A DNA stretch of 64,000 nucleotides from Gammaproteobacteria bacterium (GCA_033852075.1 JAWSVC010000006.1:28-64027); one strand, 5' to 3'; numbered from the stretch's first letter, positions 8,970 to 18,367 are shown. Made by a program: numbers and translations. Notes: generated by a model from the letters alone, not told the origin.

Positions 8970-9578
8970 TTATTCCAGCATATCAATACTATGGTCTGTT
9001 TCGTCAGAGTTGAACAAATACTTAATATTATCTTTTTCATCGTCTGAAAAGTTATTCATTCCTTCTATCATTTGAATCCACTTTGATTTATCTGGCCGGT
9101 TATAGAACCATTCAAATAATGAAAACCTAAAAATTCGATGTTGCAGTATATTGCTTTGATTTAAGAAAAAATGTCTAATTTTATCATCGTCTTCAGGTGT
9201 ATTGAAAAAGTAGAGAGAAGCAATCCCACCATCACAACCACGGGTTGGATCTTGATCCCAGTCATCCCTTGAACATCTCTCATTGATCCGATCTAAAAGA
9301 AGATCAAGGGCTTTATTGTGGGGAAGTGAAAGAAGCTCTTTTTTACCTTCAACAGCGCTATTGTATATGCTTAAACATGCTTTATCTTTGTTTTTTCTGC
9401 AACTTTCAAGGATTGAATTGTTAAAAGGGAAGTCTTTTGTGAAGTAGACGAGACTGATTTTTGCAAGAGTGCTATTAGGTAAGTCAGATAAGGGCTTCTT
9501 GTTATAAATAACCAGGATTGAAACAGTTATGCTGATAACGATTAAGAAGCTAACAGGAATAATGACTTTTTTGTTCAT
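8970..9578 (-). CDS. hypothetical membrane-anchored Cys-containing protein (island cargo)
   Basis: Start at MNKKVIIPVSFLIVISITVSILVIY with strong AGGAGA RBS. No recognisable domain. Confidence 0.5.
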   Translation of the reverse strand: MNKKVIIPVSFLIVISITVSILVIYNKKPLSDLPNSTLAKISLVYFTKDFPFNNSILESCRKNKDKACLSIYNSAVEGKKELLSLPHNKALDLLLDRINERCSRDDWDQDPTRGCDGGIASLYFFNTPEDDDKIRHFFLNQSNILQHRIFRFSLFEWFYNRPDKSKWIQMIEGMNNFSDDEKDNIKYLFNSDETDHSIDMLE

Positions 9579-9836
9579 GCTGTATGATCTCCTACTACTA
9601 GTATTTTCCATGCTATCTTATAAGTAGCATTCCAGCGATCAGTTCCTAAGCCTATAGATGTCGAATGCTATGTTCGTAACGAACGTGAGTCAATTATAAT
9701 AAAGTTGTTTCTGACTAGGCACGCATAAAAGATTTATATTGCATAGTAATACCTATCTAATATATTATCACTTTAGCAAATGAGTCGATACGTACAGAAA
9801 CGATCACTTAGATAACTAACTGACACTGGGGGCAAA

Positions 9837-10859
9837 ATGTCTGGAATATATTTTACACAACCTGGCGATACTTTTACTTCGATTATGCGGAAAAGATATA
9901 GAATAGTAGATCCGTTGAAAGTACAGTCAGCGCTTCAATCCACGCTATCCTTATCTGTTAACTCAAATCTTTATATAAATGGATTGCATGCACCTATAAG
10001 ACCATATGAAGTTATAGTATTTCCAAGTGATTTTGAACAAAAAGAAGAATCGCCTATCATTCTGCCATCTCAATTCCAGTCGATTACAAAATTAAAAAGT
10101 ATGCCTCAATCTGAGAAACAGGTAATAGCTGAGTTGAATACTGAAGCCGATTGGCAAACAGCCGAAGCTATAGCTGAGTGGGCAAAAGAGTATGGTTTTC
10201 TTGGTTTATCTGGTGATGCGAACACTGGTTCTGGGACAGCCATTGGTATGGCTGCACAAAAAGCAACACCTTTTGTTGATAAATTAAATCAGCTTGATAA
10301 TGCTCTTGTTGAATATCGGGCAGTTGCAAATAAGGTTGGGGCAGCAAGACAAGCAGCAAAAGCGAAAGTATTATCACTGCATAAACAGCTTAACCAGCTT
10401 TTTGGTAAAGAAATAAAAGCAATATTATTACGAAAGAGTAATGTTCCAGAAAGAAGCCCATTGATAAATCCTGATAGAGCTATTCATATGGCTCGAAGTG
10501 GCAGAAGACCCCCAAATCTTACTAGAGCTGCAGGCGTGCAAAGTATTGGTACCTTTGCAAAGTATGCAAAACCTGTTGGTAAGGGACTTGTAGCATTAGA
10601 TCTTGGATTTAGGGGCTGGAAAATATATGATGCACATCAGCGAAATCAAGATTGGTATAGAGAACTAGCGGTACAAAGTGGTGGATTGCTAGGTGCGTCT
10701 CTTGTAGCTGGAGCCGCTTCTTTTGTCGCTGGTTTAATTGTTCTAGGACCTTTTGGTTTAGTAATTCTGCTTCTTGTTGGAGCAGCTGTTGCAATTACGG
10801 CTGATTATATTTTTCAAGATCTTGGCGGCCAGTTTTACGACTATACAAGAACTTTTTAG
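9837..10859 (+). CDS. hypothetical protein with LysM-like N-terminus, helical middle region and C-terminal glycine-zipper hydrophobic hairpin (candidate membrane-active toxin)
   Basis: N-terminus IYFTQPGDTFTSI resembles the LysM core (YxVxxGDTLxxIA). The C-terminal ~45 residues LLGASLVAGAASFVAGLIVLGPFGLVILLLVGAAVAITADYIF form a hydrophobic helical hairpin. Confidence 0.45.
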   Translation: MSGIYFTQPGDTFTSIMRKRYRIVDPLKVQSALQSTLSLSVNSNLYINGLHAPIRPYEVIVFPSDFEQKEESPIILPSQFQSITKLKSMPQSEKQVIAELNTEADWQTAEAIAEWAKEYGFLGLSGDANTGSGTAIGMAAQKATPFVDKLNQLDNALVEYRAVANKVGAARQAAKAKVLSLHKQLNQLFGKEIKAILLRKSNVPERSPLINPDRAIHMARSGRRPPNLTRAAGVQSIGTFAKYAKPVGKGLVALDLGFRGWKIYDAHQRNQDWYRELAVQSGGLLGASLVAGAASFVAGLIVLGPFGLVILLLVGAAVAITADYIFQDLGGQFYDYTRTF

Positions 10860-10861
10860 CA

Positions 10862-11287
10862 ATGAACTTATTTAAGGAAATCATTTTTTGGGGGACGGCA
10901 ATTAGTGGTGTTTTAGGGATAGGTTCATATACGTACTTATTCCCTTTGTATTACTTCTTGTTCATGAAAAAACTTGATAAGTATTACTTAAATACCAAAG
11001 CAGTAGAACACCCCTTTTTCCCCAAAAGCATTTTTCTCAGAATGATGTTTTATTGTAGCAGTATTGTTTTTCAGAAAATCGCCTTAAAAGGCGCACTAAA
11101 TGACCAGTTTTTTGAAGGAGACTATCCAAGAAATCATTGTTCTACGCTACAAATATTATTAGCTCATTATTGCGCTATTACAATTTCTATAGCCATTTTA
11201 TTTATTGTTATTGCTACCATATTTGATTTCGTAATTGTTCCATTAGCAGGTATTTCTCCCATATTTGGAAATGCCTCTCCATCTTGA
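10862..11287 (+). CDS. small polytopic membrane protein (candidate immunity partner)
   Basis: 141 aa with 3 predicted TM segments. Starts 3 nt after the stop of the preceding gene. Low GC. Confidence 0.4.
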   Translation: MNLFKEIIFWGTAISGVLGIGSYTYLFPLYYFLFMKKLDKYYLNTKAVEHPFFPKSIFLRMMFYCSSIVFQKIALKGALNDQFFEGDYPRNHCSTLQILLAHYCAITISIAILFIVIATIFDFVIVPLAGISPIFGNASPS

Positions 11288-11493
11288 TGAATGAATTTAT
11301 AAAACAATTCCTTGATTATGGTTCTGCTGTTGAGTTTTGGAAAGAAAAGCTGGATAAAAATGTTGAAAGAGATCGTAAAAATATCCATGATTTGGAAAAC
11401 TTGGGATGGAAAGTTATTGTTATATGGGCATGTGAGATAAATGAAAAAAATCTGGTCGCACTAGCTGAAAAAGTGGCTGCCAACTTGAGTTAG
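11284..11493 (+). pseudogene. vsr: very-short-patch repair endonuclease (Vsr) C-terminal remnant
   Basis: EFWKEKLDKNVERDRKNIHDLENLGWKVIVIWACE matches the E. coli Vsr C-terminus EFWLEKIGKNVERDRRDISRLQELGWRVLIVWECAL. The upstream same-frame translation lacks the Vsr catalytic N-terminal region. Confidence 0.7.
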
Positions 11494-11683
11494 AGAATTT
11501 AGTTATTTAGACAGATATCTCCGCACTTCTATCATAAAACTCTTTCCCTTTATCCTCGTTGCAGGCAAAAGCAATCATTTCTATTTCAGCAATGGCATTC
11601 AAACCAGTCTTGATAGATTTAATCTCATTATAGATTTTCCTGTTTATGAATGAGTCGGTTCAACCAACTGATTTGTAGCAGTT

Positions 11684-12730
11684 TTAATCTAACAGCGGCT
11701 CAATTTTCTTGAAAAATTCATACCCTTTTTCCTTTCCTTCTTCTGTTCCATCCTGCGAGAAAAAGTTAAGCTGGTCAATTAATGATTCTTTCACTTTTTG
11801 TGCAATAAACAGTTGGAAAGGTTCACTATCCCCTCCAGTGAGCACACCACAATAATTTGAAAGTATAGAGTAATACTCTCTACGCTTATTCATTTCAGAA
11901 TCAATAACAGTTACAGGATATCCATGTTGAAATAGATACAGGTTCATTATTAACCTTGATGTACGACCATTTCCATCAATAAACGGATGAATATTTACAA
12001 ATTTTTGATGTAAGTGTGCAGCCATTTCCACAGGGTGCATAGAGTTTTTGTTATCTTCAAAAAAGCGGAAAAAGTCCTCTATCAATTTTGGCAATATATA
12101 GGGTTGAGGAAATTCATGTTTACTACCATCCTGCTGCATTACAAATACAGGTTGTTTTCTATATTGCCCTGCTTGCTCGTCTTGAATTCCCTTTAATATT
12201 AAGGAGTGAATGTTTTTTATTTCACGCTCAGATAGTTCTATTTCATGCTTTGCAAGATCACGAATATAATGAATAGCCTCTTGATGATTTATTGCTTCCA
12301 AATGATCAACAAGTGGTTTTCCACCAATAGTTAAACCTGTATTAATTACCTGTTCGGTTTCCCCCAGTGTTAATGAATTACCCTCAATACAATTTGATTC
12401 ATAGGTGTATTTAATATCCAGCTCTTGATTCAGATTTTTAAGCATACTGCCATTAAACGGCCTAAAACTATCAAGGCAATCTTTAAGTTCTGTTAATTGA
12501 TTATATAATTCAGGCAGATTATCTGTTTCAGGCCAAATTTTAAGCAGATCTAATTGTGCATTATATTTTCCAGTATTATTCATAATATCCATAAGTGATG
12601 AATTAAAACGCTCTTTTAAAATGAGAAGCTTGTTTTTTTGCTCTTCATTTAATTTGGGCTGAGATTTTGGAGTATTTACTGTCATGATCGATAATGTTCT
12701 TTGAGTTTTTATAAACGTTAAGTTTATCAA
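11684..12730 (-). CDS. Fic/Doc family protein (putative AMPylator/adenylyltransferase)
   Basis: Canonical Fic motif HPFIDGNGRTSRL in a 348-aa protein. Lies in the tRNA-Leu-associated island. Confidence 0.85.
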   Translation of the reverse strand: MINLTFIKTQRTLSIMTVNTPKSQPKLNEEQKNKLLILKERFNSSLMDIMNNTGKYNAQLDLLKIWPETDNLPELYNQLTELKDCLDSFRPFNGSMLKNLNQELDIKYTYESNCIEGNSLTLGETEQVINTGLTIGGKPLVDHLEAINHQEAIHYIRDLAKHEIELSEREIKNIHSLILKGIQDEQAGQYRKQPVFVMQQDGSKHEFPQPYILPKLIEDFFRFFEDNKNSMHPVEMAAHLHQKFVNIHPFIDGNGRTSRLIMNLYLFQHGYPVTVIDSEMNKRREYYSILSNYCGVLTGGDSEPFQLFIAQKVKESLIDQLNFFSQDGTEEGKEKGYEFFKKIEPLLD

Positions 12731-12925
12731 TAAAATAAATATTTACTTAGCGGTTTTGTTCAATTTTATAATAAGAGAAAATCGGGTTTCGTCAAATAAT
12801 AGTGTAATTTAAAACCGAAACGAGCCGGTTTTAAATTGGGTGTTATCTTATTTATTAATAAAATGACTTAACGGCTGCTGGTGTGATTATAAAAACTCAA
12901 ACGTATTAATCACAAAAAGATTGCA

Positions 12926-12950
12926 TCGAAACTTATATCTGACTAAAATA
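12926..12950 (+). promoter_or_regulatory. type-1 IscR operator upstream of iscR
   Basis: atatctgactaaaatagtcaagtat matches the IscR type-1 consensus ATAsyyGACTrwwwyAGTCrrsTAT at almost every position. It lies 31 nt upstream of the iscR ATG. Confidence 0.75.
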
Positions 12951-12980
12951 GTCAAGTATATGGTTCGTGGAGCAATCCTC

Positions 12981-13439
12981 ATGAAGTTAACAACAAAAGG
13001 TAGATATGCCGTATCGGCGATGCTTGATCTGGCCAAGTATAATCATACGGGCCCGGTGAGTCTTAATGATATTTCCAGGCGAGAAGATATATCCTTGTCT
13101 TATCTTGAGCAAATCTTTACTAAATTACGTAAGGCAGATTTAGTAAAGAGTGTTCGTGGTCCTGGTGGTGGATATAAGCTTGCACATGAAGCTGAAAAAA
13201 TATCTGTAGCCAACGTTATAGATTCGGTTGGTGAAGATGTGGACCTATGTTGTTGTGGTGATAGTAGTGATGCTGATGAAAGGCAGGTATGCTTTACTCA
13301 CAAACTTTGGAGTGGATTAACTCTTTTAATGCGCAAATATTTGGAAAGTGTAACTTTGCAAGAATTACTAGACCCGGAAGTTGAGTTTAGCGGCAGAATA
13401 AGGATAGAGCCCGGCAAAAAAGTATCTGGAGAAAAGTAA
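12981..13439 (+). CDS. iscR: Fe-S cluster assembly transcriptional regulator IscR (Rrf2 family)
   Basis: [19 protein letters not shown]-terminus. Cys cluster [15 protein letters not shown]. Start set at the internal ATG 12981 (RBS GGAG) because the upstream extension overlaps the operator. Confidence 0.9.
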   Translation: MKLTTKGRYAVSAMLDLAKYNHTGPVSLNDISRREDISLSYLEQIFTKLRKADLVKSVRGPGGGYKLAHEAEKISVANVIDSVGEDVDLCCCGDSSDADERQVCFTHKLWSGLTLLMRKYLESVTLQELLDPEVEFSGRIRIEPGKKVSGEK

Positions 13440-14662
13440 TGACTGATATAAAATTCCCTATCTATTTAGACTATGCAGCCACAACCCCAGTTGATTCACG
13501 TGTTGCAGAAAAAATGATGAATTATCTGACAATGGATGGCTGTTTTGGTAACCCAGCATCAAGATCTCATGAATTTGGTTGGAAGGCCGAAGAGGCTGTT
13601 GAGAATGCACGCAAAGAGGTTGCGCAGTTGGTTAACGCTGACCCAAGAGAGATTGTTTGGACTTCTGGTGCAACAGAATCGGATAATTTGGCAATAAAGG
13701 GTGCTGCAAAATTCTATCGTAAAAAAGGTAATCATATTATTACTTGTAAAACTGAGCACAAAGCGGTTTTAGATACCTGCAGGCAGTTAGAGAGAGAAGG
13801 TTTTGAGGTAACATATTTAGAGCCGGAATCAAGCGGTCTAATTGATTTGGAAAAGCTTAAGGCTGCGATAACTGAACAAACAATTCTTATCTCAATAATG
13901 CACGTAAATAATGAGATTGGTGTGATTCAGGATATAAAAGCAATCGGTGAGATTGCCAAAGAAAATAAAGTCTTATTTCATATTGATGCGGCGCAAAGTG
14001 CCGGCAAGATTATGCTAGATGTAAATGAGATAAATGTAGATATGATCTCGTTTAGCGCCCACAAGATATATGGTCCCAAAGGGATTGGTGCTCTTTACGT
14101 AAAAAGAAAACCACGTGTAAGACTTGAGGCTATCATTCATGGGGGCGGGCATGAGCGTGGTATGCGTTCCGGAACCCTGCCAACTCATCAGATTGTTGGG
14201 ATGGGAGAAGCGTTTCGTCTGGCTCGTCTGGAAATGGAACAGGATTACCAAAAGTTAAAGAATTTCAAACGCACCCTATGGGAGCAAATAAGTGATATGG
14301 AAGAGATTTATCTAAATGGAGATTTAGATAATGGATCGCCAAACATACTCAACGTGAGCTTCAATTTTATTGAAGGTGAGTCTTTGGTGATGGCACTGAA
14401 GGAACTAGCTGTATCAACTGGTTCTGCATGTACTTCAGCAAGTCTGGAACCAAGTTACGTTCTTAGAGCACTAGGTAGAAGTGATGAGCTTGCGCATAGT
14501 TCAATCCGTTTTAGTTTTGGACGCTTTACTACGCAAGAAGAGGTGGAATATACCGCAAGTATCATCAAAGGACAGGTTGCGAAACTAAGAGATCTGTCAC
14601 CGCTTTGGGAAATGTATAAAGATGGAATAGATCTGTCACAAGTACAATGGCACGAACACTAG
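13439..14662 (+). CDS. iscS: cysteine desulfurase IscS
   Basis: PLP-lysine region [18 protein letters not shown] and active-site loop [21 protein letters not shown]. Start overlaps the iscR stop. Confidence 0.97.
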   Translation: MTDIKFPIYLDYAATTPVDSRVAEKMMNYLTMDGCFGNPASRSHEFGWKAEEAVENARKEVAQLVNADPREIVWTSGATESDNLAIKGAAKFYRKKGNHIITCKTEHKAVLDTCRQLEREGFEVTYLEPESSGLIDLEKLKAAITEQTILISIMHVNNEIGVIQDIKAIGEIAKENKVLFHIDAAQSAGKIMLDVNEINVDMISFSAHKIYGPKGIGALYVKRKPRVRLEAIIHGGGHERGMRSGTLPTHQIVGMGEAFRLARLEMEQDYQKLKNFKRTLWEQISDMEEIYLNGDLDNGSPNILNVSFNFIEGESLVMALKELAVSTGSACTSASLEPSYVLRALGRSDELAHSSIRFSFGRFTTQEEVEYTASIIKGQVAKLRDLSPLWEMYKDGIDLSQVQWHEH

Positions 14663-14700
14663 CTAATTTAAACTGATAGAATCAGTGAGAGGTTGAAATT

Positions 14701-15078
14701 ATGTATAGCGATAAAGTAATTGAACACTACGAACATCCGCGCAATGTAGGTTCCTTTGATAAAGATGATGCTCATGTAGGAACAGGTATGATTGGTTCAC
14801 CAAGTTGTGGTGACGTAATGAAACTGCAGATTAAAGTAAGCGACGAAGGTATCATTGAAGACGCATGTTTTAAAACCTATGGCTGTGGTTCAGCTATTGC
14901 TTCAAGCTCACTTCTAACCGAGTGGCTAAAAGGCAAAACTCTGGAAGAAGCGAAGGCAATTAAAAACGTTGAGATTGCTAAAGAGTTAGAACTTCCGCCA
15001 GTAAAGATTCACTGCTCAGTTTTAGCAGAGGATTCTGTAAAGGCAGCGATTGAAGATTACGAAAGAAAGCAAGGCTAA
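14701..15078 (+). CDS. iscU: Fe-S cluster scaffold IscU
   Basis: GSPSCGDVMKLQI, YGCGSAIASSS, LPPVKIHCSVLAEDSVKAAIEDY. Confidence 0.95.
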   Translation: MYSDKVIEHYEHPRNVGSFDKDDAHVGTGMIGSPSCGDVMKLQIKVSDEGIIEDACFKTYGCGSAIASSSLLTEWLKGKTLEEAKAIKNVEIAKELELPPVKIHCSVLAEDSVKAAIEDYERKQG

Positions 15079-15114
15079 TCTAAACAGGGAACTAAGTTTT
15101 ATCAGGAGAAAAGC

Positions 15115-15453
15115 ATGCCGAAGATGAAGGTATTGCCACATCCAAAGTTTTGCCCAGAAGGGGCGGAATTTGATGTGCAAGCAGGCACAACAGTATTAGA
15201 TGCCTTGTTGGAAAACCATATCGAGCTGGAGCATGCATGTGAAAAATCATGTGCCTGCGCAACCTGCCACCTATATATTCGTGAAGGGTTCGATTCGCTG
15301 AGTGAGATATCCGACCAGGAAGATGACTTTTTGGAAAAGGCCTGGGGGTTAGAACCGGATTCAAGATTGTCTTGCCAGTCGGTGGTTGATGATGAGGATC
15401 TTGTCGTTGAAATACCAAAATACACCCTTAACCAAGTCGGCGAACACTCTTAA
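15115..15453 (+). CDS. fdx: ISC-type [2Fe-2S] ferredoxin
   Basis: HACEKSCACATCH, SRLSCQ, and near-colinear similarity to E. coli Fdx. Directly follows iscU, with no iscA/hscB/hscA between. Confidence 0.9.
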   Translation: MPKMKVLPHPKFCPEGAEFDVQAGTTVLDALLENHIELEHACEKSCACATCHLYIREGFDSLSEISDQEDDFLEKAWGLEPDSRLSCQSVVDDEDLVVEIPKYTLNQVGEHS

Positions 15454-15459
15454 AGCTAC

Positions 15460-15870
15460 TGCGCTTGCTTATGCTTTGTTAAAAAGTATTTCAAAACTGC
15501 TCACATAACAAAGCGTATGCTCCGCGTATTTGAAATACTTTTTGCCTTGCCTAAGCTTCGCTCATAACGCTTTAATAAATTTGTGCCTATTTCCCCAATA
15601 TCTTTGTTGCAATTAGCTAAAAAATGAGTCGCGCACCACATTGTGCGGCTCTCCTGAGCGTAGCCGAAGTCTCATTGATTCTATTAAATTTTTCTTGACC
15701 CTTCGGCTACGCTCAGGGAGCTTGAAAAATTTAAGTCTAAAACTAACCACTTCGCCTAAAAAAAATTGTCTGACAGCGCTTTCCAGCAATTTGCAATATT
15801 TTCCCCGGACAGTAGTGGGCGTAGGCTGGTATCCAGAATAGATTTACTTCTTTATGTTCAATTAAAGTCT
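15460..15870. repeat. cluster of MITE/REP-like palindromic elements
   Basis: Contains the palindrome ctcctgagcgtagccgaag...cttcggctacgctcagggag (15641-15731) and the motif ctatttccccaatatctttgttgcaa, both also present at 52060-52450. Related copies at ~36395-36500, 37540-38110, 40290-40610, 41575-41650 and 43996-44505. Confidence 0.8.
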
Positions 15871-15970
15871 TTCCTTGCTCGGTTGTTTATTTTTGATAAA
15901 ATGCGCTAACAATTTCATAACGACATATGATGTATTCCAAAATTATTTGGAAAAAAAAGGGGGAGTTAAT

Positions 15971-18271
15971 GTGTCTTCATTACTAATTAATGCTTTGCGT
16001 TCTATGTTTTTTGCCTGCACTTTCTTGGCTCTTGCAGCCTGTGGTGGCGGAGGTGGTGGTTCCGATTCTGGCTCATCGCCTGCCCCTACTCCAACTGCTC
16101 AACAAGGATACTTTATTGATAGTGCGGTTGAAGGACTGAATTATTCGGCTAGTCCCAGTGGCTTAGTTGGTGTTACTGATAGTGCTGGTGAGTATAACTA
16201 TCAGCCTGGTGATACCATAACTTTTTCCATCGGTAATATCGTACTTGGTTCTGCTCCGGCAGCTGGACATATTACTCCATTAGATTTAGTGGATGGAGCT
16301 GGTGCCGATACTAGTAACCAGCAGGTAGTGAATATCTCCCGTTTACTGATGACACTAGATGTCGATGGTAACCCGGATAATGGCATAGAGATCCCTGATG
16401 GGATCGCAGCAGCAGCGTTAATGCTTGAAGGTGAATCAGCTGAGCTGGATTTTACCGATGTCGATTTTGCTATCGCAGCACAGGCTATGATTGATGGGTT
16501 GACTACTGACCTGATTGGAGAAGGTTTGCCATACACTGAAGCCCCTAATCTTGCAACTTCTGTAGCGGCACAAACCCATCTAAGTGGGTCGCTAGTGAAT
16601 ACTGACGGTGATGATGAGGTTGATTTGGTTGACAATGATGATGACAACGACGAGATTGCAGATGCGTCGGACAATTGCCCGCTTATTGCTAATGCTAACC
16701 AGCTTGATACCGACAGTGACGAGATAGGTGATGCCTGTGACACAGATGACGATGGTGATGAAGTTGATGATGATGTAGACAACTGCCCGCTTATAGCCAA
16801 TGCCGACCAGCGTGATACCGATGGCGATGACTCAGGTGATGTATGTGATGGCGATGATGATGGTGATGAGATTGCTGATGAATCTGATAACTGCTCGCTA
16901 ATCGTAAACGCTGATCAGCTTGATACCGACAGCGACGACGCAGGTAATGTGTGTGATACAGACGATGACAATGACGGAGTTATTGATACCTCCGATAACT
17001 GTCAGCTAATTGCCAATGCCGACCAGCTGGATACCGATGGTGATCTTTCTGGTAATGCTTGTGATAGCGATGATGATGGTGATGAGGTTGCCGATGCGTC
17101 GGATAACTGCCCACTTAACGCCAATGCTGATCAGCTGGATACTGACGGTGACCAGTTGGGTAATGAATGTGACAGTGATGATGACGGTGATGGCGTAGCT
17201 GATGATGCAGATGCCTTTCCGTTAGATGTAACTGAAACGATTGATACCGATGGTGATGGCACTGGCAATAACGCTGATACAGATGATGATAATGACCAGA
17301 TTCCGGATTCAGAAGATGATAACCCTCTTGTTGCTGATTCAGTAACGGTAACTATTAGTGGTGAGGTTGTGAATGGGACTATCAATCCATCGCAAACCCA
17401 AATAGTGAACGAAGGTACAAGGCTTGAATTCACTGTAACAGCAGATGATGGATACTATCCGCAGATATCAGGTTGCGGTGGTACACTTGCAGGAGCCACT
17501 TTTACCACGGCCGCTGTTAATGAAGACTGTGTAGTTGAGCTAAGTTTTGATGAGTTATCTCAGGTCATATCGCCTCTTAATGATACTGGGATAACTCGCT
17601 GCGCTAATGCTGAAAGCAATGATCTTGATTGTGTTCAGGAAGGGTTTCCGGGGCAGGATGCTGAATATGGGCGCGATGTAACACATCATGATAATTCTGA
17701 TGGTCTTGCTGGCTTTAGTTTTACCAAGATATGTAATAGTGGTTATGCTGCTGGCGATGGCGGGTGTCCTGCAGAACCAGTATTAGGCTCTGGTGCCAAT
17801 GACTGGGCCTGCACCCTCGATAATATTACCGGTCTGATGTGGGAGATAAAGACTGATGACGGAGGAGTGCGTGATAAAAATAATACCTATACCTGGTATA
17901 ACTCCGATTCCGGTACTAACGGCGGCAATGCTGGTACCGAAAATGGTGGTTCCTGCCCGGATGCAGGTAACTGTGATACCGAAAAATATGTTGTAAGCGT
18001 AAATGCAGCTGGACTTTGTGGCTTTAGTGATTGGCGTATGCCTTTGATTTCAGAGTTGAAATCGATTGTTGATCGCGGTCGTTATGATCCTGCTATAGAT
18101 ACATCGTATTTTCCAAACACCATGAGCAATACTTATTATTATACGGCTTCCCCTTATTCTAATTTTAGCTCTGCCACTTGGGGTGTATACTTTGATCACG
18201 GTTATTGCAATGGTCCTTATAGTAAGGGTACACCCAAATATGTTCGTTTGGTCCGACAGGGCAATAATTGA
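15971..18271 (+). CDS. large lipoprotein with thrombospondin type-3 calcium-binding repeats and C-terminal DUF1566 (Lcl C-terminal) domain
   Basis: GTG start after AAGGGGGAG RBS. Lipobox FLALAAC followed by poly-Gly/Ser linker. About 10 tandem DxDxDGxxDxxDNCPLIANADQLDTD repeats (16600-17300). C-terminal region GLMWEIKTDDGG...WRMPLISELKSIV...VRLVRQG resembles DUF1566. Confidence 0.8.
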   Translation: MSSLLINALRSMFFACTFLALAACGGGGGGSDSGSSPAPTPTAQQGYFIDSAVEGLNYSASPSGLVGVTDSAGEYNYQPGDTITFSIGNIVLGSAPAAGHITPLDLVDGAGADTSNQQVVNISRLLMTLDVDGNPDNGIEIPDGIAAAALMLEGESAELDFTDVDFAIAAQAMIDGLTTDLIGEGLPYTEAPNLATSVAAQTHLSGSLVNTDGDDEVDLVDNDDDNDEIADASDNCPLIANANQLDTDSDEIGDACDTDDDGDEVDDDVDNCPLIANADQRDTDGDDSGDVCDGDDDGDEIADESDNCSLIVNADQLDTDSDDAGNVCDTDDDNDGVIDTSDNCQLIANADQLDTDGDLSGNACDSDDDGDEVADASDNCPLNANADQLDTDGDQLGNECDSDDDGDGVADDADAFPLDVTETIDTDGDGTGNNADTDDDNDQIPDSEDDNPLVADSVTVTISGEVVNGTINPSQTQIVNEGTRLEFTVTADDGYYPQISGCGGTLAGATFTTAAVNEDCVVELSFDELSQVISPLNDTGITRCANAESNDLDCVQEGFPGQDAEYGRDVTHHDNSDGLAGFSFTKICNSGYAAGDGGCPAEPVLGSGANDWACTLDNITGLMWEIKTDDGGVRDKNNTYTWYNSDSGTNGGNAGTENGGSCPDAGNCDTEKYVVSVNAAGLCGFSDWRMPLISELKSIVDRGRYDPAIDTSYFPNTMSNTYYYTASPYSNFSSATWGVYFDHGYCNGPYSKGTPKYVRLVRQGNN

Positions 18272-18367
18272 TTGTTTGATCTAAGATGGCTGGTGTTTAA
18301 TTGGGAATTATAAACTTAAAAAAAGAAGTTAGCGATAGTGTTGCTGACGAATAAAAGAGAAAGAATA

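Noticed and set aside
12921-12980. Upstream extension of iscR to the ATG at 12921
   Set aside because: The extension would translate through the IscR operator (12926-12950) and lacks an RBS. The internal ATG at 12981 has a GGAG RBS and gives the canonical [11 protein letters not shown]-terminus.
16201-17433. Minus-strand ORFs of 199 and 100 aa within the TSP3-repeat gene
   Set aside because: Antisense shadow of GAT/GAC-rich repeats (giving Ser/Ile-rich frames). The plus-strand gene has a lipoprotein signal and conserved domains.
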